Assembly: GCA_003252385.1 (NCBI GenBank)
Contig: QKEH01000008.1
Coordinates: forward strand, 7,967 to 71,966
DNA length: 64,000 nt
From: Bacteroidota bacterium
GTDB lineage: Bacteria > Bacteroidota > Bacteroidia > Bacteroidales > UBA10428
Direction: 5' to 3'
Every line of letters begins with the position of its first letter. The stretch's first letter is position 1. The position numbers and the translations under genes were made by a program. The notes beneath the pieces were generated by a model. The model was given only the letters and a program-made list of their open reading frames with translations, searched no databases and was not told where the DNA came from. Below are positions 17,905-27,376 of the stretch, piece by piece.

Positions 17905-20253
17905 TTAGGGTGTTGAAATGAGTAATTTTTGCTGTTGTATCAGTCCTTCTGATTCCAATACTTTTTCGGATACAGCCTGCAGTAAGTCTGAATTGGCGCC
18001 TGCTGTTTTCGTAAGTTTTTCCTGATACCCCTTCACCTGATTCAGAAATTCTTCGACTCTCCGGGTGTATTTATTGGCACGGTGGGTGGAAGCCAGTATA
18101 ATTTCGGCACGCAATTTAAAGTAGTAATGGTTAAAATGAAGCAGGTTCCAGGCAGTTTCGGAACCAAACTGGTTAACCAATGCCCGGTAAACCGATAAAT
18201 CGGGATTGTATGCCCCGGGGTTCCAGAAAAAGTCAGAAGCGGTTTGCAAGCGAATCTGATCCCAAACCGAATTACCTTCCGACACCACGATTACCTTATT
18301 AAAATGGCCGTACAATTCCGGAAGTATCTGATTGGAAAACGGATCAAACAGGCATGCCGTTTTCAGTTTGTAAGGCCACGCCGAGTCCTGAGCGAAATAG
18401 CCCATGCACTCACTGCGCGCCAATAAACTAAAATCGGCAAAAACCGGTGCAGAACCATGGGTATTGGAATAGGAAAGCCATTCGGCTACATCCAGTTTCC
18501 AGGTCTGAAAGCCGCTCGCCGTCCATACCTTACGGGGTGCTGGGGTAGATCCATCCTCATCCGCCAGGGTCAGTTCAAAACTCCCCTTTTCCGGATCGGC
18601 ATTCAGCCCTTGCCCGCACCGTACAGACGATAACGTAGCCATAACCTCAGGCAGCGGCGGTTCCATAGATCGATCGAAGTATAACCAATTTTTACATCCC
18701 CGGTACGCACTCCTTATGCAGCTAACATCAGCAGGGCGTATTTCTCCGCCAATTGCATCGGTATACACGGAAGTACAATAGTTATCACCCTCTGCTGAAC
18801 ATCTTGAAATATAGCTACTCGCAGGAAGGTACACTTCTTCAAAACGTGTATTGGCAGCCATTCGCCGGTCAGCATGAGCACTATCGGGATGAATAAACAG
18901 AAGGGAGTAGTGTTCCAAAGCTGGATAATCTATAATATTGGCATTGTGAAAGACCAGCTTATCCCGGTCGAACAATTGAATACACGACCGTATGGCGTAA
19001 ACAATTCCCTGCGAAGTTGTGGCATCAATCAGTATAATATTGTTCTGATCGTTTATGGAATGGATAAAATACCCCTTTTCCTTATTGGCGATGGACGGAT
19101 AAGGCAACTCGTTGTGATACTGTTGGGTAAGAAAAGTGGTACCAATGGAGAAAATAAGGGCTCCTCCCAGTTCAAAGGAACGCACACTGCGATGGATCAG
19201 CCCCGGAATGTCCTTCTCTTCCAATTCGGTATGCTGATGAATCAGTTGTTTGATCTTCTTTTCGAGTAAGCCGGCTGCCTCCAAGGTACGCTCGTCGCAT
19301 TGCGCCGGAATGATAATGATTGGGAAATTATCCTCATAGAATGGCCGGTAGTAAGTCAGCGATTGAAGCACCTCCATTTTTTGGGGTTCCGGTAAAACCA
19401 GTGTTTGTTTGCTTAAAGTGGTGTCGAAATACGGAGCAATGCGTTCCAGTGCTGTAAAGTTGTACCGGGTATATCGAAAATCCACATCATCAACCAACAT
19501 GGTTCCCGCACCTTTAAGTCCAATGAAGATCCGAACGAATCTGGCATTATCCTGCAAATCGCCATCCTGAAACGGAAAGTCGCCGGTTTTACCGTGAATA
19601 CGAATCCATCCGGTGGAATCAATGGTAGCAAAGGATGCAAAGGATACGCCCTTGAAATTATTATCCAATTTTCGGTCGTAATTCGGAGAATACATCTGTC
19701 CGTCCAGTTGAACCTTGTTCCGGTCGTAACACAGCACCTTAAGATCCACGGCATCATATATACCTGTGCCCGTCCTCGATTTTGGATTGACTATATGGTT
19801 CAGGTTGACGCGCAGGGTAAGTTCGTAGTTACCCGGAAGTACCTTGATATAGTCCGACAGGATGCCTTCCCCGAAACTTTCTGTCTCCGAAGCGTTATTT
19901 CGTTCAATTCGGATGTAATGCGTAACAAGGCTGCCTGCTGCAGAATCGGTCGGTTGTTTTTCCCAAAAAACATGTTCGCCAATAATGTCCCAGGCATCCA
20001 GTGTGGTGGTAAATGTAGCGGTATCGAAGCGCTTTACTTTGCCCAGTTCAAAGGAACTGTTTAATACCAGGTTTCCCTGTTCGTAGCGTTGCTTACGCAG
20101 CCGATAGGGCATCGCCAGTGGATCGGAACTGGACCAACGGTCGTACTCCTGCCCGATTTCGTCGGGGCGGTGACAGGAATAAACCAAGAGGAGTGCTAAA
20201 ACACTTAGCACCAAACACCATAACCGGGGTATACTTTGCTTTATCATCAACAA
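17905..20253 (-). CDS. hypothetical lipoprotein with an N-terminal CBM-like domain and a GH20b/GH84-N-like segment
   Basis: Has a lipoprotein signal LLLVYSC. NSSFELG...W resembles carbohydrate-binding jelly rolls. LVLPEPQKMEV...IIIIP...LEAAGLLEKKI resembles the N-domain of GH20/GH84 enzymes. No recognisable catalytic motif follows. Confidence 0.4.
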   Translation of the reverse strand: MLMIKQSIPRLWCLVLSVLALLLVYSCHRPDEIGQEYDRWSSSDPLAMPYRLRKQRYEQGNLVLNSSFELGKVKRFDTATFTTTLDAWDIIGEHVFWEKQPTDSAAGSLVTHYIRIERNNASETESFGEGILSDYIKVLPGNYELTLRVNLNHIVNPKSRTGTGIYDAVDLKVLCYDRNKVQLDGQMYSPNYDRKLDNNFKGVSFASFATIDSTGWIRIHGKTGDFPFQDGDLQDNARFVRIFIGLKGAGTMLVDDVDFRYTRYNFTALERIAPYFDTTLSKQTLVLPEPQKMEVLQSLTYYRPFYEDNFPIIIIPAQCDERTLEAAGLLEKKIKQLIHQHTELEEKDIPGLIHRSVRSFELGGALIFSIGTTFLTQQYHNELPYPSIANKEKGYFIHSINDQNNIILIDATTSQGIVYAIRSCIQLFDRDKLVFHNANIIDYPALEHYSLLFIHPDSAHADRRMAANTRFEEVYLPASSYISRCSAEGDNYCTSVYTDAIGGEIRPADVSCIRSAYRGCKNWLYFDRSMEPPLPEVMATLSSVRCGQGLNADPEKGSFELTLADEDGSTPAPRKVWTASGFQTWKLDVAEWLSYSNTHGSAPVFADFSLLARSECMGYFAQDSAWPYKLKTACLFDPFSNQILPELYGHFNKVIVVSEGNSVWDQIRLQTASDFFWNPGAYNPDLSVYRALVNQFGSETAWNLLHFNHYYFKLRAEIILASTHRANKYTRRVEEFLNQVKGYQEKLTKTAGANSDLLQAVSEKVLESEGLIQQQKLLISTP

Positions 20254-20274
20254 GCAGGCTATTGGGTTTCCAGC

Positions 20275-21150
20275 TTATGAATATATTTCTTTGGTAGCCG
20301 CCAACAGGGTGTTTTGCAGCAGCGACACACGGGTCATAGGGCCTACGCCTCCGGGTACCGGGGTAATATAGCTGCATTTGGGAGCTACTTCATCGAAAAG
20401 AACATCACCTTTCAAACGAAAACCCGATTTGGTTTCCTGCGAGGGTACCCGAGTGGTTCCCACATCAATGACCACGGCACCTTCCTTCACCATATTGGCT
20501 TTAATAAATTCAGGGCTTCCCAGGGCACAAATCAAGATGTCGGCATTGGCGCACACTTCCTTCAGGTTTTTTGTTCTGCTGTGCGCTACGGTAACCGTAG
20601 CATTCATCTCCTTCTGCGACATCAACACGCTCATGGGCCGGCCCACAATCTGACTCCGACCCACCACCACGCAATTTTTGCCCGATGTTTCGATGCCGTA
20701 GCGTTTAATCAGTTCTACAATACCATACGGAGTGGCAGAAACAAAGGCTGGAAGACCAATGACCATCCGGCCCACATTTACCGGATGAAAACCGTCTACA
20801 TCCTTCTTATAATTAATGGCTTCCAATATGTTGTTTTCCGGAATGTGCCTGGGCAATGGCAGTTGCACTATAAACCCATCCACATCATCGTCGTTATTGA
20901 GTTCTTCAATTTTAGCCAGCAATTCGGTTTCGGTAACATCATCCTCAAAGCGAATGAGGCTAGATTTGAACCCTACCGCTTCGCAATCTTTAATTTTGTA
21001 AGCTACATACGATTCACTACCTCCATCGTGGCCAACCAATATAGCCGCCAAATGGGGTTGTTTTCCACCGCGGGCAATGATCCCTTCAACTTGCTGTTTA
21101 ATTTCTGCTTTAATATCTTTTGCCGTTTGATTGCCGTCGATGAGTTGCAT
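20275..21150 (-). CDS. folD: bifunctional methylenetetrahydrofolate dehydrogenase/cyclohydrolase
   Basis: Carries [25 protein letters not shown] and [10 protein letters not shown] motifs in a 291 aa protein. Confidence 0.9.
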   Translation of the reverse strand: MQLIDGNQTAKDIKAEIKQQVEGIIARGGKQPHLAAILVGHDGGSESYVAYKIKDCEAVGFKSSLIRFEDDVTETELLAKIEELNNDDDVDGFIVQLPLPRHIPENNILEAINYKKDVDGFHPVNVGRMVIGLPAFVSATPYGIVELIKRYGIETSGKNCVVVGRSQIVGRPMSVLMSQKEMNATVTVAHSRTKNLKEVCANADILICALGSPEFIKANMVKEGAVVIDVGTTRVPSQETKSGFRLKGDVLFDEVAPKCSYITPVPGGVGPMTRVSLLQNTLLAATKEIYS

Positions 21151-21288
21151 GCTTTGTTTTTTGTTTTAAAAATTGCGTTCAGGTTTAGTGCTCCAAAGTT
21201 AGTACGAATCGCACTTTATACCTATTTCAAATTCGGTTAATTACGCACTGTTTGGAATTGGGCTATCCGACCCGTCTCCCGGAGGAGC

Positions 21289-22617
21289 TTATCTTTTGGG
21301 CAGTCCCCCCATCATACGTCCCATTTTACTGCCGCTCTGCATCATCTTCATCATTTTGCGGGTGTCGTCGAACTGTTTTAGCAAGCGATTGAGTTCCTGC
21401 ACCGAGGTTCCGCTACCGGCGGCAATACGTTTTTTACGGCTTCCATTAATGATTGCCGGGGTTGCCCTTTCGGCCGGAGTCATGGAATAGATCATGGCTT
21501 CAATGCTGTTAAAAGCATCGTCGTCGATATCCAGTTTTTTAATTGCCTTACCCAATCCGGGAATCATACCGGCCAACTCTTTGATGTTACCCATCTTTTT
21601 AATCTGTTGGATCTGCTGGATGAAATCGTCGAAATTGAAGGTATTCTTGGCAATTTTTTGTTGCAATTTCCGGGCTTCTTCAGCATCGAACTGTTCCTGG
21701 GCGCGTTCCACCAACGATACGATATCGCCCATTCCCAAAATCCGGTCGGCCATGCGCGAGGGGTGGAATAGTTCCAACGCCTCCATTTTTTCGCCGGCAC
21801 TGATAAACTTAATGGGCTTATCGACCACCGAGCGAATCGATAGTGCGGCTCCACCCCGGGTATCGCCATCGAGTTTGGTTAGAACCACACCATCAAAATC
21901 CAGGCGATCGTTAAACTCCTTGGCGGTATTCACTGCATCTTGTCCGGTCATGGAATCGACCACAAACAGGGTTTCGGTAGGGTTCACATTTTTCTTGATG
22001 GCTTCAATCTCCTTCATCATCTGCTCATCAATGGCCAAACGACCCGCGGTATCGATGATAACCAAATCCTTACCCAGTTTTTTGGCTTCCCGTATCCCAT
22101 CCTTAGCCAGTTGTACAGGATCCTGGTTTCCGGCTTCGGTATATACCGGAACCCCAATTTGTTCGCCCAGCACCTGCAGCTGGTTGATCGCAGCCGGACG
22201 GTATACGTCACCGGCCACAATAATCGGGTTCTTTCCTTTTTTACTTTTTAAATGGAGCGCCAGTTTACCGGTGAAAGTAGTTTTACCGGAACCTTGTAAG
22301 CCCGAAATTAGAATAACTGCCGGCGAACCTTTGATGTTGATTTCCTCATTGCTGTTCCCCATGAGTATGGCCAGCTCGTCGTGAACGATCTTCACCATCA
22401 TCTGGTCGGGCTTTACTGCAGTAAGTATTTTTTGCCCAAGTGCCTTCTCCTTTACCGTATCGGTAAATGTTTTAGCAATTTTATAATTAACGTCAGCATC
22501 GAGCAATGCCCTGCGCACATCTTTCAGTGTCTCGGCTACGTTGATCTCGGTAATGCTTCCTTGCCCTTTGAGTATTTTAAAAGACCGCTCGAGTCTTTCG
22601 GATAATTTATCGAACAT
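21289..22617 (-). CDS. ffh: signal recognition particle protein Ffh
   Basis: Has the N/G domain GLQGSGKTTF, DTAGR and TKLDGD, plus a Met-rich M domain with a C-terminal MMKMMQSGSKMGRMMGG tail. Confidence 0.95.
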   Translation of the reverse strand: MFDKLSERLERSFKILKGQGSITEINVAETLKDVRRALLDADVNYKIAKTFTDTVKEKALGQKILTAVKPDQMMVKIVHDELAILMGNSNEEINIKGSPAVILISGLQGSGKTTFTGKLALHLKSKKGKNPIIVAGDVYRPAAINQLQVLGEQIGVPVYTEAGNQDPVQLAKDGIREAKKLGKDLVIIDTAGRLAIDEQMMKEIEAIKKNVNPTETLFVVDSMTGQDAVNTAKEFNDRLDFDGVVLTKLDGDTRGGAALSIRSVVDKPIKFISAGEKMEALELFHPSRMADRILGMGDIVSLVERAQEQFDAEEARKLQQKIAKNTFNFDDFIQQIQQIKKMGNIKELAGMIPGLGKAIKKLDIDDDAFNSIEAMIYSMTPAERATPAIINGSRKKRIAAGSGTSVQELNRLLKQFDDTRKMMKMMQSGSKMGRMMGGLPKR

Positions 22618-22665
22618 AATGTGTTGAATTTTCTAGCGGGTAATAATAAAGTTTATGTGGATACG

Positions 22666-24459
22666 CTACATTCGTTCCGGAACTTCAATTCCAAGCAGCC
22701 CCATGGCGGTTTTAATCACCTGCCCACAGGTTTGGGTAAGAGCTAACCGGAAGGCACGGGTAGAAACATCGGTTTCCTGAACAATAATGTGGTCGTGGTA
22801 GAACTGATTGTATTCCTTGGCCAGCTCGAAAGCGTAGTTGGCAACTAATGCCGGACTCAGGTTTTTTGCTGCTTCCTGCACCACGGTCGGAAATTCGTGA
22901 ATCAGTTTCAATAGCGATTTTTCTTTGGCCGTAATCACCGTATTTGCGGCAGGGGTAAAGGTTGCCTGTGCTCCTGTTTCGGCTGCCTTACGCAAAATAG
23001 ATTGAATACGGGCGTGGGTATATTGTATAAATGGGCCGGTATTGCCGTTAAAATCAATGGATTCCTTGGGGTTAAAAGTCATGTTTTTGGTGGGATCCAC
23101 CTTCAGTATAAAATACTTCAGTGCTCCCAGCCCAATCATTTGGAAAATAGCTTCCTGTTCCTCGGAAGGTATTCCTTCCAGCTTGCCCAACTCGTTGGCC
23201 ATTTCGCGGGCGGTGCCAATCATTTCGTCCATCAGGTCATCGGCATCCACCACGGTACCCTCGCGCGATTTCATTTTCCCCTCGGGCAGTTCCACCATGC
23301 CATACGAAAGATGAAACAGGTTCTTAGCCCAGGAGTAGTTAAGGCGATCCAAAATAAGGGAAAGCACTTTAAAGTGGTAGTTCTGCTCGTTGCCCACCAC
23401 GTAAATCATTTTGTCAAAATCGTAATCCTGCTGACGCAGTTGAGCCGTTCCGATATCCTGGGTCATGTACACCGAAGTGCCATCGGAACGAAGCAATATT
23501 TTTTCATCCAAACCTTCGCCGGTCAGATCCACCCATACCGATTTATCCTCGCGCTGATAGAACACCCCGCGGTCGAGCCCTCCCAAAACGGTTGAACGCC
23601 CTACGGCATAGGTTTCCGACTCGTAGTAGATTTTATCAAAATCAATTCCCAAACGCTGATAGGTAACATCAAATCCTTCGTACACCCATTCGTTCATGGT
23701 TTGCCAGAGCGAACGCACTTCGAGGTCGCCCGATTCCCACTTGCGTAGCATTTCCTGGGCTTCCAGAATCAACGGAGCTGTTTTTGCCGCTTCCTCCTCG
23801 CTTTTTCCCTGCGCTATCAGTGCCGCAATTTCTTTCTTATACTCCAAGTCGAATTTTACATAGAAATCGCCCACCAGATGATCGCCCTTCTTACCGGTCG
23901 ATTCCGGAGTGGCCTGGTTGCCCCACTTTTGCCATGCCAGCATCGATTTGCAAATGTGAATGCCACGGTCGTTGACAATGTTGGTTTTCACCACTTTTTT
24001 ACCACTGGCTTTAATAATTTCGCACACCGACCAGCCCAAAAGATTGTTGCGGATATGCCCCAAATGAAGGGGTTTGTTGGTATTGGGCGATGAATACTCC
24101 ACCATGTACAGTTCGGTATCGGGGGTTACAGGGCTATACCCAAAGCCCGGTTTGCTGGCATAATCCATTAAAAACTGCAGGTAGTACTTCTCATCCACCA
24201 CCAGGTTCAAAAAGCCTTTAATCACGTTATACCCGGTAACCAGAGGTTCGTTGTCCGACAGATACGCCCCAATTTCCTGGGCGGTTTGTTCCGGATTTTT
24301 TTTCGACACCCGTAGCAAAGGAAATACCACCAGGGTTAAATCGCCTTCAAATTCTTTTTTGGTTTGTTGAATCTGCACCAGATTTTCCGGAACATCGGCA
24401 CTATATATTTTTTTAACACAAGCCTGAATACCTGCGGTTAATTGTTGTTGTAACGACAT
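22666..24459 (-). CDS. argS: arginine--tRNA ligase
   Basis: Class I HIGH motif PNTNKPLHLGHIRN, 597 aa, with the ArgRS anticodon-binding C-terminus ending in ERM. Confidence 0.9.
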   Translation of the reverse strand: MSLQQQLTAGIQACVKKIYSADVPENLVQIQQTKKEFEGDLTLVVFPLLRVSKKNPEQTAQEIGAYLSDNEPLVTGYNVIKGFLNLVVDEKYYLQFLMDYASKPGFGYSPVTPDTELYMVEYSSPNTNKPLHLGHIRNNLLGWSVCEIIKASGKKVVKTNIVNDRGIHICKSMLAWQKWGNQATPESTGKKGDHLVGDFYVKFDLEYKKEIAALIAQGKSEEEAAKTAPLILEAQEMLRKWESGDLEVRSLWQTMNEWVYEGFDVTYQRLGIDFDKIYYESETYAVGRSTVLGGLDRGVFYQREDKSVWVDLTGEGLDEKILLRSDGTSVYMTQDIGTAQLRQQDYDFDKMIYVVGNEQNYHFKVLSLILDRLNYSWAKNLFHLSYGMVELPEGKMKSREGTVVDADDLMDEMIGTAREMANELGKLEGIPSEEQEAIFQMIGLGALKYFILKVDPTKNMTFNPKESIDFNGNTGPFIQYTHARIQSILRKAAETGAQATFTPAANTVITAKEKSLLKLIHEFPTVVQEAAKNLSPALVANYAFELAKEYNQFYHDHIIVQETDVSTRAFRLALTQTCGQVIKTAMGLLGIEVPERM

Positions 24460-24650
24460 GCTAGTTAACTGTTATTTATCTGATTGCCAGCTGACTCAAC
24501 TGCAATCACCCATCGGGTTTTTAAATTAAGCCTACAAAGATAATACTTGTAACGAATTAGCGCCCCGAAATAAGCAGCTTTTCGCCTATATTCTCTGGCA
24601 CAAACACGGTACAGGCATTGCATGCTTTATGCCGAAACGCTCTTTAACGT

Positions 24651-25556
24651 TTAGCGGGTTGCACGAATGGAACACAAATAGCCCAATTTGTATAAATCGA
24701 AGAGCATCAGGTTGGGGTGGGAGCTTAACAGGTTTTTACGCAAACGGCTCTCGTAACGGGAATAGATGGTTTTCAACACCCCGTCGAGCCGCAGATTTCG
24801 AATTTTGTGATAGTAGGCCAAAAGGGTAATATCCCGAATCAACCGCTTCTCGTTGCCATTGATGCTCATGATACGGGTCAGGTTAGTAATTCCTTCGCGG
24901 GTTTTGCGGAGAAATTCCTCATTGGTTTCCAATCCCAGGTGAACCACCGGATTATCGATATGCAGTACCCGGAAATGGTGCTGCTCGAGCTCGAAACCAA
25001 AAAGAGTGTCTTCGTGGCCATAGCCTTTTATGTTCTCACTGAAGCTCAGTTGCGAAAACACCTCCTTGCGGATGAAAAAATTGTTGGTTTTAAAAGAACG
25101 ATTGGGAAACTGATTGCGGGAGCTGGCCATCGATTGCTCTCTTTTTACCCCGTGCAGCCAGTGAAGCATTCGTTGGTCTTCGGGGTTCAGCAGGTTACTG
25201 GTATACAGTGTACCCCCATACACCACAGCGGCCTGCCCTATGGTTTCGAGGTAGTTTTTCAGATAATCGGGGTCGATCACTGCCGAGTCGCAATCCATAA
25301 AAAGCAGGTTTTCAAAGCGTGCCATCCGGGCTAGTTTATTCCGAATGCGAGAGCGCCCCAGGTTTTCGGGCTCTTCGGAGTACTTCACGCCTGTAAGGGA
25401 AGACAACAAGCGGTTGCGTTGCCGGAAACTTTCGTGCGAAGCATCATCCACCAGAACCAGTTCAAAAGCAATTCCCAAATCCACAGCCTGATCGCTCAGT
25501 GTAGCTGCCAAATCTGCCACGTCGTAATTGTAAATGGGTATTAGAACCGAGAGCAT
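24651..25556 (-). CDS. family 2 glycosyltransferase
   Basis: The N-terminus LSVLIPIYNYD...LVDDAS and the DCD motif are typical of GT2. Confidence 0.75.
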   Translation of the reverse strand: MLSVLIPIYNYDVADLAATLSDQAVDLGIAFELVLVDDASHESFRQRNRLLSSLTGVKYSEEPENLGRSRIRNKLARMARFENLLFMDCDSAVIDPDYLKNYLETIGQAAVVYGGTLYTSNLLNPEDQRMLHWLHGVKREQSMASSRNQFPNRSFKTNNFFIRKEVFSQLSFSENIKGYGHEDTLFGFELEQHHFRVLHIDNPVVHLGLETNEEFLRKTREGITNLTRIMSINGNEKRLIRDITLLAYYHKIRNLRLDGVLKTIYSRYESRLRKNLLSSHPNLMLFDLYKLGYLCSIRATR

Positions 25557-25650
25557 TTTTGAGGAGATAATCGATTATGCAAAGTAAATCGCATAAAATG
25601 AAATATTATTGTTCTTTTGTATAAATTTTGACAAAAACACCCCTCTCAGT

Positions 25651-27024
25651 ATGTGTCGAAACCTTGCCATTTCACTACTTCTTACCCTATGGTTGGCCGG
25701 TACGGTATACTCCAAACCTTACGCCAGCATCCAGCTCAGTGCTACCCATCCTGCACCGGACACCTTTCTGCTGAGTGGTTATTATGGTAAGGATCGGTCA
25801 GGGACCCAACAACTGGTTTTGGATTCTTCCGGTCAGGCTCAGTATCCGATCGATCATCCGGGTATTTACAGTATCTACGCTCCCGACTCTGTGCTATACG
25901 AGTTTATGGTTGCGGATACAGGCCTGTACCAACTGGAGTTTGGCCAAAAGGTTTTCCTCCTGACGGGTAATGAGTACGCCATGGCATACGCCCGCTATGT
26001 TCAGCTGAAAGAAAAGGCCGCGCTTGCACTTCAAGCCCGGAAAAGCGCCGACTCCATCACCCCTTCCAATCAGCAAGCCCTACAGCGTATTCAGTCGGAA
26101 CTAACAGCAACCACCCAGCAGTTATCTGAGAAATATTCCGGTTCCTTTCTGGGCAACTGCATGAAAATTACCGCGCCGGTTCCCATTCCCCGTTTCGAGG
26201 TTAACCGTGACCAACCCGGCGCGGATTCCCTCTACCGGGTGAACTACCAAAACTATTACTACCAGCATTTTTTCGACCATATTGCCTGGTCCGATTCCAA
26301 CCTTGCGTTTACTCCCTTTTTGGAAGAAAAGCTGCTTAGTTACTTTAAAACCATTCAAACCGATGATGCCCGTTTGCTAACCGAACGCATTAACCGCATG
26401 TTCCTGACTGTACCTGACGGACCGCTGCGACACTTTATCGTTCAAAAAACAGTACAATACTATAGAAACAACAAACACCTGCCAGTTTCCGAATACGTTT
26501 ACCTGTTTTGTATCGAAAACTATTACCAGAAAGAAAATACCGGCGCAACCGGCCCCGAGGTAAGTGCTGAACTCTATGCCAACGATCTGAAGCAACTGCG
26601 CCCATTGAGTCTCTTTCAAACTGCCCCCGACTTTAAGCTGCCCAATAAAAATAAGCAGCTGATTTCCTTATCTGGAAAAAAATCCGAATATACCGTGCTG
26701 ATATTCTGGGATATTTCCTGCGAGAAGTGTCGCCAAATTATGCAGGAGTTTTCCTCAGCAATGGAGAACTATTCACACGACGACATACGTGTAATAACCG
26801 TGTATACCGGTAATGACCTGGAGATTTGGCGGGCCATGGCCGAAAAAAAACTGGACAAAGAGTGGGATAATTTGTATTGCACCTCGAAAAGTACCATACC
26901 CCGGGATTACCGGATTGAAACCCTGCCCACATTTTACCTTCTCAACCAACAAATGCAAATCAGGAACAAGCACTTTACCGTTCCCTGGCTCAATGCCTGG
27001 TTAAAAGAAAACCTGCACAACTAA
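25651..27024 (+). CDS. TlpA/thioredoxin-like lipoprotein-type protein with a large N-terminal domain
   Basis: The C-terminal thioredoxin fold carries FWDISCEKCRQ (CxxC). It has a signal sequence MCRNLAISLLLTLWLAG. The start was chosen at the ATG at 25651. Confidence 0.65.
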   Translation: MCRNLAISLLLTLWLAGTVYSKPYASIQLSATHPAPDTFLLSGYYGKDRSGTQQLVLDSSGQAQYPIDHPGIYSIYAPDSVLYEFMVADTGLYQLEFGQKVFLLTGNEYAMAYARYVQLKEKAALALQARKSADSITPSNQQALQRIQSELTATTQQLSEKYSGSFLGNCMKITAPVPIPRFEVNRDQPGADSLYRVNYQNYYYQHFFDHIAWSDSNLAFTPFLEEKLLSYFKTIQTDDARLLTERINRMFLTVPDGPLRHFIVQKTVQYYRNNKHLPVSEYVYLFCIENYYQKENTGATGPEVSAELYANDLKQLRPLSLFQTAPDFKLPNKNKQLISLSGKKSEYTVLIFWDISCEKCRQIMQEFSSAMENYSHDDIRVITVYTGNDLEIWRAMAEKKLDKEWDNLYCTSKSTIPRDYRIETLPTFYLLNQQMQIRNKHFTVPWLNAWLKENLHN

Positions 27025-27077
27025 TAGATGAGCCGTAAATTCAACCCATCTGACATCTGTTCTTCCCGGATTTGGCT

Positions 27078-27293
27078 TTATTCTTCTTTTCTTTCGTTGT
27101 TGAGCAGAATATTAAAGATAAAAAGCAGCACGGCACTGGCCGCAAAAATAACCAACAACGAATACAGGGTACGCAACATCACCCGTTGGATGTCGATGGT
27201 TATCAGTCCCCAAATGCCTAAAATAGCAGTAATGGTAAATACCAGCACAATCCCTATAAGGATGTAGGATACAATCTTTTTTATCGAAATCAT
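27078..27293 (-). CDS. small two-TM membrane protein, hypothetical
   Basis: Two clear hydrophobic helices (IVSYILIGIVLVFTITAILGIWGLI and LYSLLVIFAASAVLLFIFNIL). It lies directly downstream of the 1099-aa repeat protein on the same strand. Confidence 0.45.
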   Translation of the reverse strand: MISIKKIVSYILIGIVLVFTITAILGIWGLITIDIQRVMLRTLYSLLVIFAASAVLLFIFNILLNNERKEE

Positions 27294-27376
27294 ATCGTTC
27301 GTTTTTTGAATAGGACGCACAGGTAGCATACCAGTTACAACCGGTTACCCGGTTTGTCTGTATTTACTTCGTAGGC

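Noticed and set aside
20314-21240. A 308-aa ORF on the plus strand across folD
   Set aside because: It is entirely antisense to a high-confidence folD gene. The translation is low-complexity (His/Arg/Phe-rich) with no motifs. This is a typical shadow ORF of a codon-biased gene.
21494-22384. A 296-aa Ser-rich ORF antisense to ffh
   Set aside because: A shadow frame of ffh. The composition (poly-Ser/Ile/Ala) is unlike real proteins, and ffh reads perfectly on the other strand.
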